From a virus (lineage: Duplodnaviria > Caudoviricetes), in the IMG/VR virus record IMGVR_UViG_3300025018_000500, positions 1-25,436 of that record: DNA of 25,436 bases. One strand, written 5' to 3'. Under the pieces are notes generated by a model. The model did not search any database. It had not been told where the DNA came from and saw only the letters and a program-made list of their open reading frames with translations. This document shows, piece after piece, positions 8,701 to 16,732 of the stretch. The position numbers and the translations under genes are program-made. How positions within the stretch are numbered: position 1 is the first letter of the stretch; each line of letters begins with the position of its first letter.

Positions 8701-10384
8701 CCTCGGCGGCGGTGAACGCCTGCGCCACCGCCTGATCCATCGCTTGCTGCGCGGCCTCGCGTTCGGCCTGATTGCGGGACAGGGCATCGCTGAATGTCGG
8801 CGCAGCCCCGCGCGGGGGCAGGCGCTGGTCCATTGCCCGGTGCGCCCAGCGCAGCATGTCCTCGGCGGTCATGTCGCGCAGAAACGGGTTGGCGGCAATC
8901 ACATCGGCGCCAAGCAGCCCCGAAACCCGCGCATCGGGCGCGGCGGCAAGCACCTTGGAAGCCCCGCGCTGCCCGGCGAAATGAACAAGATACAGGTTGC
9001 CCTCGGTGACGGCCTGCCCCTGCGAACGCAGGAAGCGGGCATTGTCCTCGGTAAGATCCCGCATCAGGATGTCTTGCAGTCGGCCATCGCCGCGCAGCGC
9101 GAGGATCTGCGCATCGGTCTTGCCGCCGCTGCCGTAGCGCCGCTTGTAGTAGGCGAGCCAAGTGCTGTCGATAAACTGGTATCGACCCGTGGCGCTGGAA
9201 CGCGGGTTGCGCGCCCCATCATCGCCGCTCGATTCCTTGCCGCGCACCCGCTGCATGAAGCTGCCGATTGCCGGGCCAACTGGCCCCGTGTGACTTGCCG
9301 CCACCACCGGATCGCGGTCAGGCTCGAACCGTCGCACCGGCCCGGTATCCGGCACCCGCGCGGCAAACCGCCCCGCTTCGGGCAAGGGGGTGTCGGACAG
9401 GACGCGCGCGAACACTTCTTCGATCATGTCCTGGTGCATCGCTGCGCCTGCGCCGTCCGGCCGGAACACATTGGCCTGATCGAGCGCAGCCTCGCGCCGC
9501 ACCACTTCGATTGCATCGCGGCCCAGCTGGGGCAGGTTGTCGCCCGCCAGTTCCTCGACCATATCAGCCAGCAAGACATCCTCGCCCGATGAATTCGCAA
9601 CGCTGGCGCGCGCTTCCCACCGCTCTCGCAAGGGGGCGGGCAGGCGGTCCCAATTCTCGCTAACAACGCGCTCGAAACGCGAACGCACCGCGTCGACGCC
9701 TTTTGGCGCAATCTCAATGCCGCCTCGGATCGCCGCCGCGCCAGCCCCGGCAAAGCCGATGTTCGTTGCCGCTTCCTCAAATGTCAGATCGGCGCGCCCC
9801 AATTCCCTGCGGTTGCGCTGCACGGCGGGCTGCAAGATCGCCTCGATCCCCATGTTCAACAGGGCCTCGGTTCCAATCCTCTGCGCTACAGTTCGCCCGC
9901 CACCGCCAACAGGCAGGGTAAGCAGGTTGACCGGATCGGACATCGCCCCTGCCGCGCCGCCGATGAACGCGACAATGCCATTGCCGCGCGAAGCGGTCAC
10001 AGCTGCGCGGTCAATCTCCTGCGCCTTCTTGGCGCGCCATTGCTGTTCGAATTCCTCTTGCGTCTTGGGCAGGTCGGTGAACATGCCCTTTTCGCGCCGC
10101 AGCCGCTCGACATCGCGCCATACGGATTCCGCCGACACGGTGCCGCGCTGCGGGCTGATGTAGGCGGTGAAGCGCCTCGACTTGTCGGCCTCAAGCAGCG
10201 CGTCGATGATCGGCTTGTAGGCTTCAACGCGGAAATCTTCGGGCGCGGTCGTGGTGTCGGCAAAAGCCGCGTCATAGGCGCTGGTCAGGGTTTCCCACAC
10301 GCCCGGATCATCAGGCAAGGGCGGCATCGAGCCCTGCCGGGGCTGGATCGCGTTATCGACAAAGATGTTGGGAGGCAGGCCCAT
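5729..10384 (-). CDS. Large multidomain ejection protein, 1551 aa, with lysozyme/lytic-transglycosylase-like, wHTH-like, ParB/Srx-like and Rmf-like segments
   Basis: Start at ATG 10384 (TGATG coupling). SLT-type motifs KESSG...SSATGRYQFIDSTW...LYLVHFAG...ANPFL at about 8830-9262. ParB-like SVEREGW..PILISID...IMEGNNRVAVAR at about 6870-7020. Located in the internal-virion gene block. Confidence 0.8.
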   Translation of the reverse strand: MGLPPNIFVDNAIQPRQGSMPPLPDDPGVWETLTSAYDAAFADTTTAPEDFRVEAYKPIIDALLEADKSRRFTAYISPQRGTVSAESVWRDVERLRREKGMFTDLPKTQEEFEQQWRAKKAQEIDRAAVTASRGNGIVAFIGGAAGAMSDPVNLLTLPVGGGGRTVAQRIGTEALLNMGIEAILQPAVQRNRRELGRADLTFEEAATNIGFAGAGAAAIRGGIEIAPKGVDAVRSRFERVVSENWDRLPAPLRERWEARASVANSSGEDVLLADMVEELAGDNLPQLGRDAIEVVRREAALDQANVFRPDGAGAAMHQDMIEEVFARVLSDTPLPEAGRFAARVPDTGPVRRFEPDRDPVVAASHTGPVGPAIGSFMQRVRGKESSGDDGARNPRSSATGRYQFIDSTWLAYYKRRYGSGGKTDAQILALRGDGRLQDILMRDLTEDNARFLRSQGQAVTEGNLYLVHFAGQRGASKVLAAAPDARVSGLLGADVIAANPFLRDMTAEDMLRWAHRAMDQRLPPRGAAPTFSDALSRNQAEREAAQQAMDQAVAQAFTAAEAQRAAARGEPDPFADLPEPVRVDGDDMQSIAPIAPRADMADVDPEIAVILPALERIAADPGRALNATGEIASELGVPTDAVRQGLRQLARQGRLTENNGLFMRRADFGDDSPRANAVLEQVRQLAQDTRANLNDIAGLARRLEATEAEVTGALDRMVGKGELKRALKVGVDARGRRRRLPTGKYLRPRAGGPRAATDIIGMIASMGGIRPDGRAPRFDEGGAPVGQARKRAGHDLRNTGSLDHFVPGIGPLLRPGGMSLDEVGEFLWERGVFGPSDLVDRPSESDVIAFLDDVITNKRDIDPDTGMERMAEPDWELEDIERGVAKEETAVTVLRGIKDLGMSEWIDDDLLDDLIEAVLTRPDDLSEGDALYYALNVMAARNQDEAFANSPEPSYEAIDYDEAIHGRFPADREAPAAGDDLAGYEPAGIDPEAGGIRGGGDGPDGSEADGRALVDLTPEQRAPFLDPQGEAVKAQAHSLEHDARVALERLPPAAPSQERVAGIGYDNPGGEWLERQRERTSDGRLGATTAYTKDVVEFDPNDLAGIPGRNGERPAPGQPKYDNLMESVEREGWKGAESPILISIDKDGNPFIMEGNNRVAVARALGEKVSARVQWHTGGELADGPLTPAKVRELTSKPATTSLDRLPPAATEDEMFAAMRDLPDTDESQLAMDAARARLWDAAGDADGLDAVIGRFDAARERWDQQYDDARNAASEAFLAQKKVEQAALAEAIAERVNAGTDTFRMANPIRNRINEYGAGTVRVRNGQLEVIEGQNWVGIPSSDLARIAQGMGINLENVATPSRAPAVGGPAPADDLAARWELRRPADETPSAEALAVVRDMRRANKEGAMIDKKTPDDLAREFALGFDAAKRGEPKGGDYDNNVMWLHGFDRGQWEMNRKPPAQADFAAPTQDQRRIALERQTEGRMRGTVPQRAAGSDGGLFDTRDTTGDLFDAPTVRLDPEGGDEMLRDMIEEFDREASELKTIRDCL
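6755..7246 (-). repeat. Imperfect 24-bp direct repeat (LERLPPAA / LDRLPPAA) bracketing a 156-codon ParB-like cassette
   Basis: 7223-7246 CTGGAGCGATTGCCGCCAGCAGCG versus 6755-6778 CTTGACCGCCTGCCGCCCGCAGCG (minus strand); 19/24 identical, in frame, 468 nt apart. Confidence 0.75.
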
Positions 10385-12264
10385 CAGCGCGCACTCACCG
10401 GGAAGGTGTAAGGCTCGGCTGTATCCTTCCAAAGCAGCGGCTTGCCCGTCCGATCATGCAGCTGGTAATAGGCCGCGCCCTTGCCATCGGTGTAGAAATA
10501 GACGGGGCGGTAATACCGCAGCACATCGTCCTTCTTCACCGGGCTGTTGTCGCCATAAACAGCGCCGCTGAACATCATCGCCGAATACTCGGCATCGAAT
10601 TCTTCGGTGCGCACCCCCTTGGGCAACAGGACGCGGTGCCCCCGCACCGTGCCAAGCCCGCCCGCATAGGCCCCGTTGCTGCGCTGCCGCGCGCCGAGCA
10701 TGATCGACACCGACCTTGCAAACGCAGCCTTGCCCCATTGCCCCGCGCCGCCCTGCTGCGCCTGATTGCCCACGAAGTAATCGGTCGCCGCCTCGCGCAG
10801 CGGCTCATACATGTTGGTCTGGATCAGCTGCGCGGTGATCTGCGGGCCAAGAATGCTCCGAAACTCGGCATCGAGCAGCGCCTTGTCGCTTTTGCCGCTG
10901 CTGTTCGCCGGCATGAAGGCATCCGGGTTATTGGCGCGCACCTGCCGCCCCTTCACCGCCAGCGCCTGATTGCGCGCGGGCAACTCGGCGATGAACGCGG
11001 CGCTGGTATCCCCGGCCTTGCTGGCGGCAGCAAAACGGCGCTGCGGGGTCATTTGCGCCAGCTGCGCAATCGCCGCGGACCGCTCGCCCACATCGTCGCT
11101 TTCCAGCCCGGACAGTAGGCTTGCGGCATCATCATCGCGGCGGTCCAGCTCCTTTTCCAGCACATCGAGCAGCTTGGCATCCTGCCCGCTACCCTCGCCC
11201 GAATTGACCTTGGCGCGCAGCGATCCGATTTGCCCCTCAAGCTGCGGGGTCTGCATCGACCGCGCCGCCTGCACCCGCACCTGCTGGGTGCCGAGCGCAA
11301 GGAATTCGATCACATCGGCCTCCGGCACATTGGCCGCGCGCATCCGGGCGGCGACTTCGATGAACCGCGAAGCAGGCACATCCTCGCCCGCATCAGCCTG
11401 CGCCCTCACGGTTTCGGCATCTTCGATTGCCGCCTTCTGCACCTCGAGCGCCGCCGCCTCTTGCGCGCGAGCCACTTGCGCGCGCCCCGCCTCGATACGA
11501 TCAAGCCACAAGGTCTTGCCATCTTTGCCCAAGGCTCCGTCGAATGCGCCGCTGTTCAACAGTGCCTCGATCTGATCGAAGCCGCCACGCCGCTCCATCC
11601 CCTCGAACGCGCTGTTCGCCAGCTGCGCGCGGGTCGCATCAGCAACCTTGGCCTTGGTGTTGCCGTCATGGTCGGTCGCATCGAGCAACAGGTTCATCCG
11701 GGCGAGGGCTTCGGGCAGCTGCGCGGGATCATCCACCAGCGCATCGGCCTCGACCTGCGCGGCCTTGGAATAGGATTCCGCCTCCCATTCCGAACGCTGT
11801 TCCAGTTCCCAGCCCAATTCGCGCTCGGCAATCGACGCGGTGACGCTTTGGATGCTGCGCCCCAAGTCCACCGCCAGTTCGGGATCGTCGGAATAGTCCT
11901 CCAGCAAGCCGCCGAAAACTTCTTCGCGGATTTCCGTCGCCTTCTCGGCCCACCCCGGCGCGCCCGGCGCTGTCTCCCCGCGAGCCTCTTGCGAAAGGGT
12001 CACATATTTCAGCCGGGCATCAGCCAGCTTGCCGCCAAACTCCACCGCGCGCCGCGCGCGGGTGCGCTGGCGCTCGATTTCGTCAATGCGCGCATCGGCC
12101 TCAAGGTTCGCCTCTTGAACGCGCATCTGATTGTCGGCAGCACCGCCTAGCGCGGCGCCGAGGTCGCTCAAGCCGCGCCCGATCGCCGAGGCAAGCGAAG
12201 CCGGGCGGCGCGCAGCCCGCAAAACAACGCTATTGCTCGATCCGGCGCGGAATGTTTCAACCAT
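10384..12264 (-). CDS. Ejection/internal virion protein, 626 aa (gp15-like position)
   Basis: Ala/Glu/Arg-rich helical ORF with N-terminal LASAIGRGLSDLGAALG segment. Tightly coupled between the gp14-like gene and the large ejection gene. Confidence 0.75.
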   Translation of the reverse strand: MVETFRAGSSNSVVLRAARRPASLASAIGRGLSDLGAALGGAADNQMRVQEANLEADARIDEIERQRTRARRAVEFGGKLADARLKYVTLSQEARGETAPGAPGWAEKATEIREEVFGGLLEDYSDDPELAVDLGRSIQSVTASIAERELGWELEQRSEWEAESYSKAAQVEADALVDDPAQLPEALARMNLLLDATDHDGNTKAKVADATRAQLANSAFEGMERRGGFDQIEALLNSGAFDGALGKDGKTLWLDRIEAGRAQVARAQEAAALEVQKAAIEDAETVRAQADAGEDVPASRFIEVAARMRAANVPEADVIEFLALGTQQVRVQAARSMQTPQLEGQIGSLRAKVNSGEGSGQDAKLLDVLEKELDRRDDDAASLLSGLESDDVGERSAAIAQLAQMTPQRRFAAASKAGDTSAAFIAELPARNQALAVKGRQVRANNPDAFMPANSSGKSDKALLDAEFRSILGPQITAQLIQTNMYEPLREAATDYFVGNQAQQGGAGQWGKAAFARSVSIMLGARQRSNGAYAGGLGTVRGHRVLLPKGVRTEEFDAEYSAMMFSGAVYGDNSPVKKDDVLRYYRPVYFYTDGKGAAYYQLHDRTGKPLLWKDTAEPYTFPVSAR

Positions 12265-12266
12265 GA

Positions 12267-12761
12267 CTATGCACCCCCACCAAGCGATGCACTACGAACC
12301 CTTCCGCGCGCAGCACTCACACCGGCCTGCGCATTCATGCCGCTGGCACCTGCAATCGCATTCGACGCGGCGCTGAAAATGCCGCTGATAAGCGCATTGC
12401 GGCCCGCCCGACGCTTATCCTTGGCGGCTTGCAGATAGTTCGCCTGTTCGCTTGCAGCCTGCTCGCGCCGGGTCACAACAGCCCGGTTCAACTGGCGCGA
12501 GGACTCGCGCAGAAGCGCCTGCGCGCTACCGCCCCCAATCAGCAGGCCCGAGCTTGCCATGTCGGCCACCGCATCGCCTGCAACTGCACGTTCCTCGCGC
12601 ATCAGATCGGCGACTTCCTGCTCGCCCGCAAGCACCGACAGACGGGCGTTTTCTTCGTCCACCCGCGCCGCCGCGCGATATTCCTTGCGCGCGCCGATCC
12701 CCTCGACAACAGGACCAGCGGTTGACAGGACCAGGGCGGCAATCGGCAATGCCTGCGCCAT
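12267..12761 (-). CDS. Small internal virion protein, 164 aa (T7 gp14-like)
   Basis: Hydrophobic N-terminus, Ala/Gly-rich coiled coil, motif MASSGLLIGGGSAQALL, C-terminal ALISGIFSAAS segment; follows the GNAT-like gene. Confidence 0.8.
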   Translation of the reverse strand: MAQALPIAALVLSTAGPVVEGIGARKEYRAAARVDEENARLSVLAGEQEVADLMREERAVAGDAVADMASSGLLIGGGSAQALLRESSRQLNRAVVTRREQAASEQANYLQAAKDKRRAGRNALISGIFSAASNAIAGASGMNAQAGVSAARGRVRSASLGGGA

Positions 12762-13183
12762 CAGTTTACTCTCCGGTAAAGGATCAAATCACCGCCGCCG
12801 GGCGCGGCATCAGCCAAGCGCACATCTTCGATCAGACCGATTGCCTCGGCCCACCGACGCGCGGGCTCGTTATCAAGGACAGGCGTATCGACCCGACGAT
12901 GCGGCAGGCTGGCAATGAAATCGCGCGTGGCGCGCCGCAGCCGGAACATCGCTTGCCGCTTCCCCTCCGCGAACACGGCCCACAGCTGGGCATGGCCCTC
13001 ATGCAGTTCGACCGCGCCGCCGCAGAATATGACCCGTCCATCTTCGCCAATTGCGGTGAAAGCACGTCCGGCCTGTTCAAACTGACGGGCGATCCGCTCG
13101 CGCACGGCAAAATCCATGTCCTGCGAAGGCTGGATTTTCATGGCGTGAAGATCCGCAGACCGGAAAGTGGTGACATGGATCAT
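12761..13183 (-). CDS. GNAT-fold protein, 140 aa (T7 gp13-like position)
   Basis: Start reassigned to ATG 13183 (ATGA overlap with the nozzle stop). GNAT-like pattern DGRVIFCGG...AQLWAVF...DNEPARRWAEAIGL. Conserved position between nozzle and gp14-like genes. Confidence 0.8.
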   Translation of the reverse strand: MIHVTTFRSADLHAMKIQPSQDMDFAVRERIARQFEQAGRAFTAIGEDGRVIFCGGAVELHEGHAQLWAVFAEGKRQAMFRLRRATRDFIASLPHRRVDTPVLDNEPARRWAEAIGLIEDVRLADAAPGGGDLILYRRVN

Positions 13184-15450
13184 CGGGCCTTCACCTCGAC
13201 TTCGCAGCCGATTGCGGCAATCGTAGCTTGCATGGGCGCGCGGCGCTCGATCCGCAGCTTCGGCGAGCGGGTGTAATCCCCCACCACTTCCAGCGCATCG
13301 AGAAAGCCGGAATAGGGCACCAGCGCGCCCTCGTCGGTCCATTCCTTCGCCAGCTGCTCCAGCGGCTGCATATTGCCTTCCACGCCGAACCAGATACCGC
13401 GCGCGTCGATCACTTCGCACCAGGCGCGGCCGATCCGGGCCGTCTTGTGGCGGGCAGGGCCATTGTCGCCCCCGGCCTCGATCGCCAGCTGATCCAGCAC
13501 CGCCTCGAACGGCAGGCCCGCAACCACCTTGCTAGCAGGCGCCGGCAGGGAGAACGCCCCCGTGCCGACCGCCGCGACGACCGTGTGCCACACGCCATCC
13601 GCCATGACTTCGATTTCGCGGCCCGCCAGCAGCGGCGCGGTGAAGCTGGCGGTCGGTTCGCCCTCGAACGTGAACGCCATATCCACCATCACCGCGTTGA
13701 TGTCGCTCTCGCCATCCTCGCGCCACGGGGCCATGCGCAGCACATGCCATGCGCCGTTGAATTCGGCGGCGATCCAAACCTGCTCAAACCGTCCGTCGGG
13801 ATCGGTGATCGACACCAGCGAACGCGCGGCCATGCCGCTCGCCAGCTTGCGCCGCGACATGCCCAAGACTTCTTCCTCGGGCAGATATGATGCGCAGGTA
13901 AGCACCCCGTCTGCGCGCAGCGCCCAAATCATGTTGTGCGGGAAATGCTGCACCGCCAGCGCCGTAAAGCCCGGCCCGCTGATGTGGCGGGCATAGCGGG
14001 TCAGATCGAGCGCGGTTTCCACCTGCCGCTGGACGGTGAATTCGGTTTCATGAATGCGCGTTCCGCAGCGGCTTACGGTCAGGGTGCGCCCATTGAGCGG
14101 AACAGCCGCCACCGCGCTGCTTCCCGAATGATGCTGGCGGTCGCGCCGCAGATTGCGCGGGCCAACCCCCTGCGCCGCACTGGCAGGGCCGATTGCATGG
14201 CAACCGCTGGCCGTGAACAGCAACAGGCGCTCACCACCCACCATTTCGACGATTGCGTTGGAATCGGGGATCGTGGCGATGAACGCCTGATCGTTCGACA
14301 ATTCGCCAAGATCGTTGACTTCGGCATGGCTCTCAAGGTCGCCAGCCACGCTGCCGTAAACCGTGCTGTCCTTTGCCAAGCACAGGCGCTCAAGCCACAC
14401 CTCGCCGCATTCCGGCCACCCGCTTGTGTTGCTGAATGCGCCAAGGCTCCAGCGCCATGTGCCATAGGCGTAGGACAAGGTTCCCGGCGGAACATAAGAT
14501 CCCCATGATCCGCTGTAATAGCCGCCCGTCCACACGTAGTTATTGCTGACAGCGGTGAAGGGCAGGCGGCGCAGGACGACCGCCTGAACCACTGTCGCAC
14601 TGGTAAAGGCGGTGATCCGCGCAATGCCGAACAGATCATGCACATATTCCCACTGGACCCCGCCAGCGGCATTGTTGTTGATGTCGGTCCCGCTGCCCAT
14701 GCCATCCCACTCGACCCCTTCGGTGTGAGCAGGTTGCCAGCTTCCGGTGCGCCCGCCTTGAACGCAGCGATAGACGCGCTCTAGGCTGACACGCAGCTGC
14801 CCGGCGGTCACGGTAATCCCCGGCTCCCAAGCGGGCGTGGTGCCGAAGTCGGCAATTTCGATTTTGACCAATCGGCCCACATCGGTCGCCGCAAACAAGG
14901 CGATGCTCGATGTCAGGGTGATCGTGCCTTCAACCGCGCTAGCCGACAGGGTATGCGCCTTGTTGTCGTTGCGATCATCGAACGGGCCATCGGTGAATTC
15001 CATCAGCTCGAATGCGAAATCCGCAGGCCCGTTGCGCACAAATTTGCGCGGCTGATAATCGCGGTGGAAGCAATAGAGAACGTCGAAGGATTGCAGCACT
15101 TTCAGCTGCGCCAGATCGGCATAGGCATATGGGCTGACGATTTCGACCGGATCGCCGCTGCCATCGCGGATCAGCGCGTCATTGGTATATACCCGCCACA
15201 GATATTGGCTCGCTTCAACGACATGGCCTTGCGTGGTGTTATACTCGAACCGGAACAGGCGGATCGGCCCCGGTGCCTGCTCCACATGGATAAAGCCGGG
15301 CATGGCCTCTGCCGCGCCTTCCACCAGCGCCGCCCAGCCCACCATTTTCGAGGCCGAAATGGCATACAGCGATTGGTCGATGCGCGCCTGCAACCGGCGC
15401 GAGACTTCGCCGCCGTTGAAGCTGGATTGAACCGGGGCAACCCGTGACAC
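13180..15450 (-). CDS. Tail nozzle / tail tubular protein B (T7 gp12-like), 756 aa
   Basis: GTG start at 15450 after a GGGAG SD. N-terminal QSSFNGGEVS motif, GWP...ERLCLA...YGSVAGD and LLLFTASG beta-propeller-type motifs. Follows the adaptor gene. Confidence 0.88.
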   Translation of the reverse strand: MSRVAPVQSSFNGGEVSRRLQARIDQSLYAISASKMVGWAALVEGAAEAMPGFIHVEQAPGPIRLFRFEYNTTQGHVVEASQYLWRVYTNDALIRDGSGDPVEIVSPYAYADLAQLKVLQSFDVLYCFHRDYQPRKFVRNGPADFAFELMEFTDGPFDDRNDNKAHTLSASAVEGTITLTSSIALFAATDVGRLVKIEIADFGTTPAWEPGITVTAGQLRVSLERVYRCVQGGRTGSWQPAHTEGVEWDGMGSGTDINNNAAGGVQWEYVHDLFGIARITAFTSATVVQAVVLRRLPFTAVSNNYVWTGGYYSGSWGSYVPPGTLSYAYGTWRWSLGAFSNTSGWPECGEVWLERLCLAKDSTVYGSVAGDLESHAEVNDLGELSNDQAFIATIPDSNAIVEMVGGERLLLFTASGCHAIGPASAAQGVGPRNLRRDRQHHSGSSAVAAVPLNGRTLTVSRCGTRIHETEFTVQRQVETALDLTRYARHISGPGFTALAVQHFPHNMIWALRADGVLTCASYLPEEEVLGMSRRKLASGMAARSLVSITDPDGRFEQVWIAAEFNGAWHVLRMAPWREDGESDINAVMVDMAFTFEGEPTASFTAPLLAGREIEVMADGVWHTVVAAVGTGAFSLPAPASKVVAGLPFEAVLDQLAIEAGGDNGPARHKTARIGRAWCEVIDARGIWFGVEGNMQPLEQLAKEWTDEGALVPYSGFLDALEVVGDYTRSPKLRIERRAPMQATIAAIGCEVEVKAR

Positions 15451-15452
15451 GC

Positions 15453-16079
15453 CTATCTCCCTTCGGGGCCATAGGTGGTGCGGCGCGCGGAAAGCCAATC
15501 GCTGCGCTGGGTGATAGCCCGGCGCTGCTTGTGTCCGCTCGATCGCCCGTCGATACGCTTGGCGTGGGCAAGCGCCTTGTCGGCCTCAACCCTGATGAGG
15601 TCCTTGATCGACTCGTCCTGGGTGATCGGCTCGGCAAGCCGCGCCGCGATTTCCAGTTCCAGCGCCCGCTCGAAAGCCGGGCTCCACGCAGCAATGTTCT
15701 GGCCTTTGGTGATCGAGATATAGCGGATCGGCAGCGGGGCGGGCGTATCGGTCAGGACACAACCGCCTTCCTCGATCCCCTCGAACCACGCATCGCCATC
15801 TTCATGCGCGGGAGGCAACCAGCGCAGACTGTCCTCGGGCAAGGTGAAAGCGTAGAGATAGCCGAATTCCGGGGCGGTGGCGGTTTCATTGAGCATCCGG
15901 CGGGCAATCGACCAATTCCACGGATGCGCCGCCAGCATGAAGCGAACGGCCCCATCCCACACCGATGCGGCGCTGGGAGCGGGGCCAAGGGAATCGTTGA
16001 CGGACTCGATGCGACGCGTCGATCCCAGCTCATTCAGAGCGGCGTTGATGATCGAAGTTTGTGACGCGCCTGCACTCAT
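15453..16079 (-). CDS. Tail adaptor / tail tubular protein A (T7 gp11-like), 208 aa
   Basis: IINAALNELG...HPWNWSIARRML...YAFTLPEDSLR...FERALELEIAARLAEPIT pattern; position after capsid and cement genes. Confidence 0.9.
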   Translation of the reverse strand: MSAGASQTSIINAALNELGSTRRIESVNDSLGPAPSAASVWDGAVRFMLAAHPWNWSIARRMLNETATAPEFGYLYAFTLPEDSLRWLPPAHEDGDAWFEGIEEGGCVLTDTPAPLPIRYISITKGQNIAAWSPAFERALELEIAARLAEPITQDESIKDLIRVEADKALAHAKRIDGRSSGHKQRRAITQRSDWLSARRTTYGPEGR

Positions 16080-16091
16080 GGTTCAGCCCTT

Positions 16092-16161
16092 GAGAGAAAA
16101 GGCGGCGCGCCAGCCAGAGCGTCCCGGTCCCCACCATGAAAGCCCGAAACTGGCGCGCCGC
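16092..16161 (-). terminator. Terminator-like hairpin at the end of the capsid-cement unit
   Basis: GCGGCGCGCCAG...CUGGCGCGCCGC followed by CUUUUCUCU. Position analogous to post-capsid terminators, but the loop is unusually long. Confidence 0.5.
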
Positions 16162-16207
16162 AGGTTCCCGCCGCTGGGAGAGAAAAAAGGAGGATGCGGC
16201 GGGAAAT
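16092..16207 (-). ncRNA. Candidate two-hairpin 3'-UTR RNA with guide-like loops
   Basis: Stem 1: 16196-16205 / 16165-16174 (10 bp), loop AUCCUCCUUUUUUCUCUCCCA. Stem 2: 16150-16161 / 16102-16113 (12 bp), 36-nt loop. Loop regions are complementary to the leaders at 25199-25226 and 2867-2883. Confidence 0.55.
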
Positions 16208-16212
16208 CAGCG

Positions 16213-16626
16213 TCAGCGGTGGGAAGTCACCACGTTGGTCTTGATCGTGCCCGTGCTGGGCAGCGCGCCGCTCGGCGTGATGATGATTTCCTCGGTTTCC
16301 GTGGTCAGCGCGATGCCGAGCGTAATCGGCGGCAAACGCACCTGCCGCGTGGCGTTCGGGCCGGCAGCTGCCGGGCCATACTTCGACGGGTTCGACGGCG
16401 TTCCGATCTGGAAGTTGATCGTGGACAGGTTGCCAGAGGCTTCGATCCAGATTTCCTCGATCTGATTGGCCGGGCCGATCTGCGCGATCTTGATGTCCTC
16501 GGTCGTGCCGCCATCAGTCACGAGGTTGATGAAGTTGCAATGCGAATAACGCTTCGCATTGTGGCTGGTCCCCGGAGCGAGCCGGAGCGGATCGGTTGCG
16601 CTGAATGCACTTCCATACTTGGTCAT
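16213..16626 (-). CDS. Capsid cement/decoration protein, 137 aa
   Basis: Purine-rich SD GAAAGGGAAAG. Beta-rich and T/G/P-rich (INFQIGTPSNPSKY...TGTIKTNVV). Directly downstream of the major capsid gene, as in BPP-1/epsilon15-like phages. Confidence 0.7.
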   Translation of the reverse strand: MTKYGSAFSATDPLRLAPGTSHNAKRYSHCNFINLVTDGGTTEDIKIAQIGPANQIEEIWIEASGNLSTINFQIGTPSNPSKYGPAAAGPNATRQVRLPPITLGIALTTETEEIIITPSGALPSTGTIKTNVVTSHR

Positions 16627-16659
16627 GATCTTTCCCTTTCACACGGCGCTGGGGCCGAC

Positions 16660-16721
16660 TGCGGTGAAAGCCCCACCGCAAGGGCGTGAAGCTGCGCGGC
16701 GCGGACCGAAGCCCGCGCCGC
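16660..16721 (-). other. Two stable hairpins between the capsid and cement genes, one with a cUUCGg tetraloop
   Basis: GCGGCGCGGGC-UUCG-GUCCGCGCCGC (16721-16696) and UGCGGUGGG-GCU-UUCACCGCA (16680-16660). The G-U pairs work only on the minus strand. Confidence 0.7.
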
Positions 16722-16732
16722 CGCCATTGGGA

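Noticed and set aside
2867-16135. Invertible 13-kb segment bounded by the 17-bp inverted match
   Set aside because: No recombinase in the window, inversion would disconnect the tail genes, and the single mismatch fits a G-U RNA pair. Not formally excluded.
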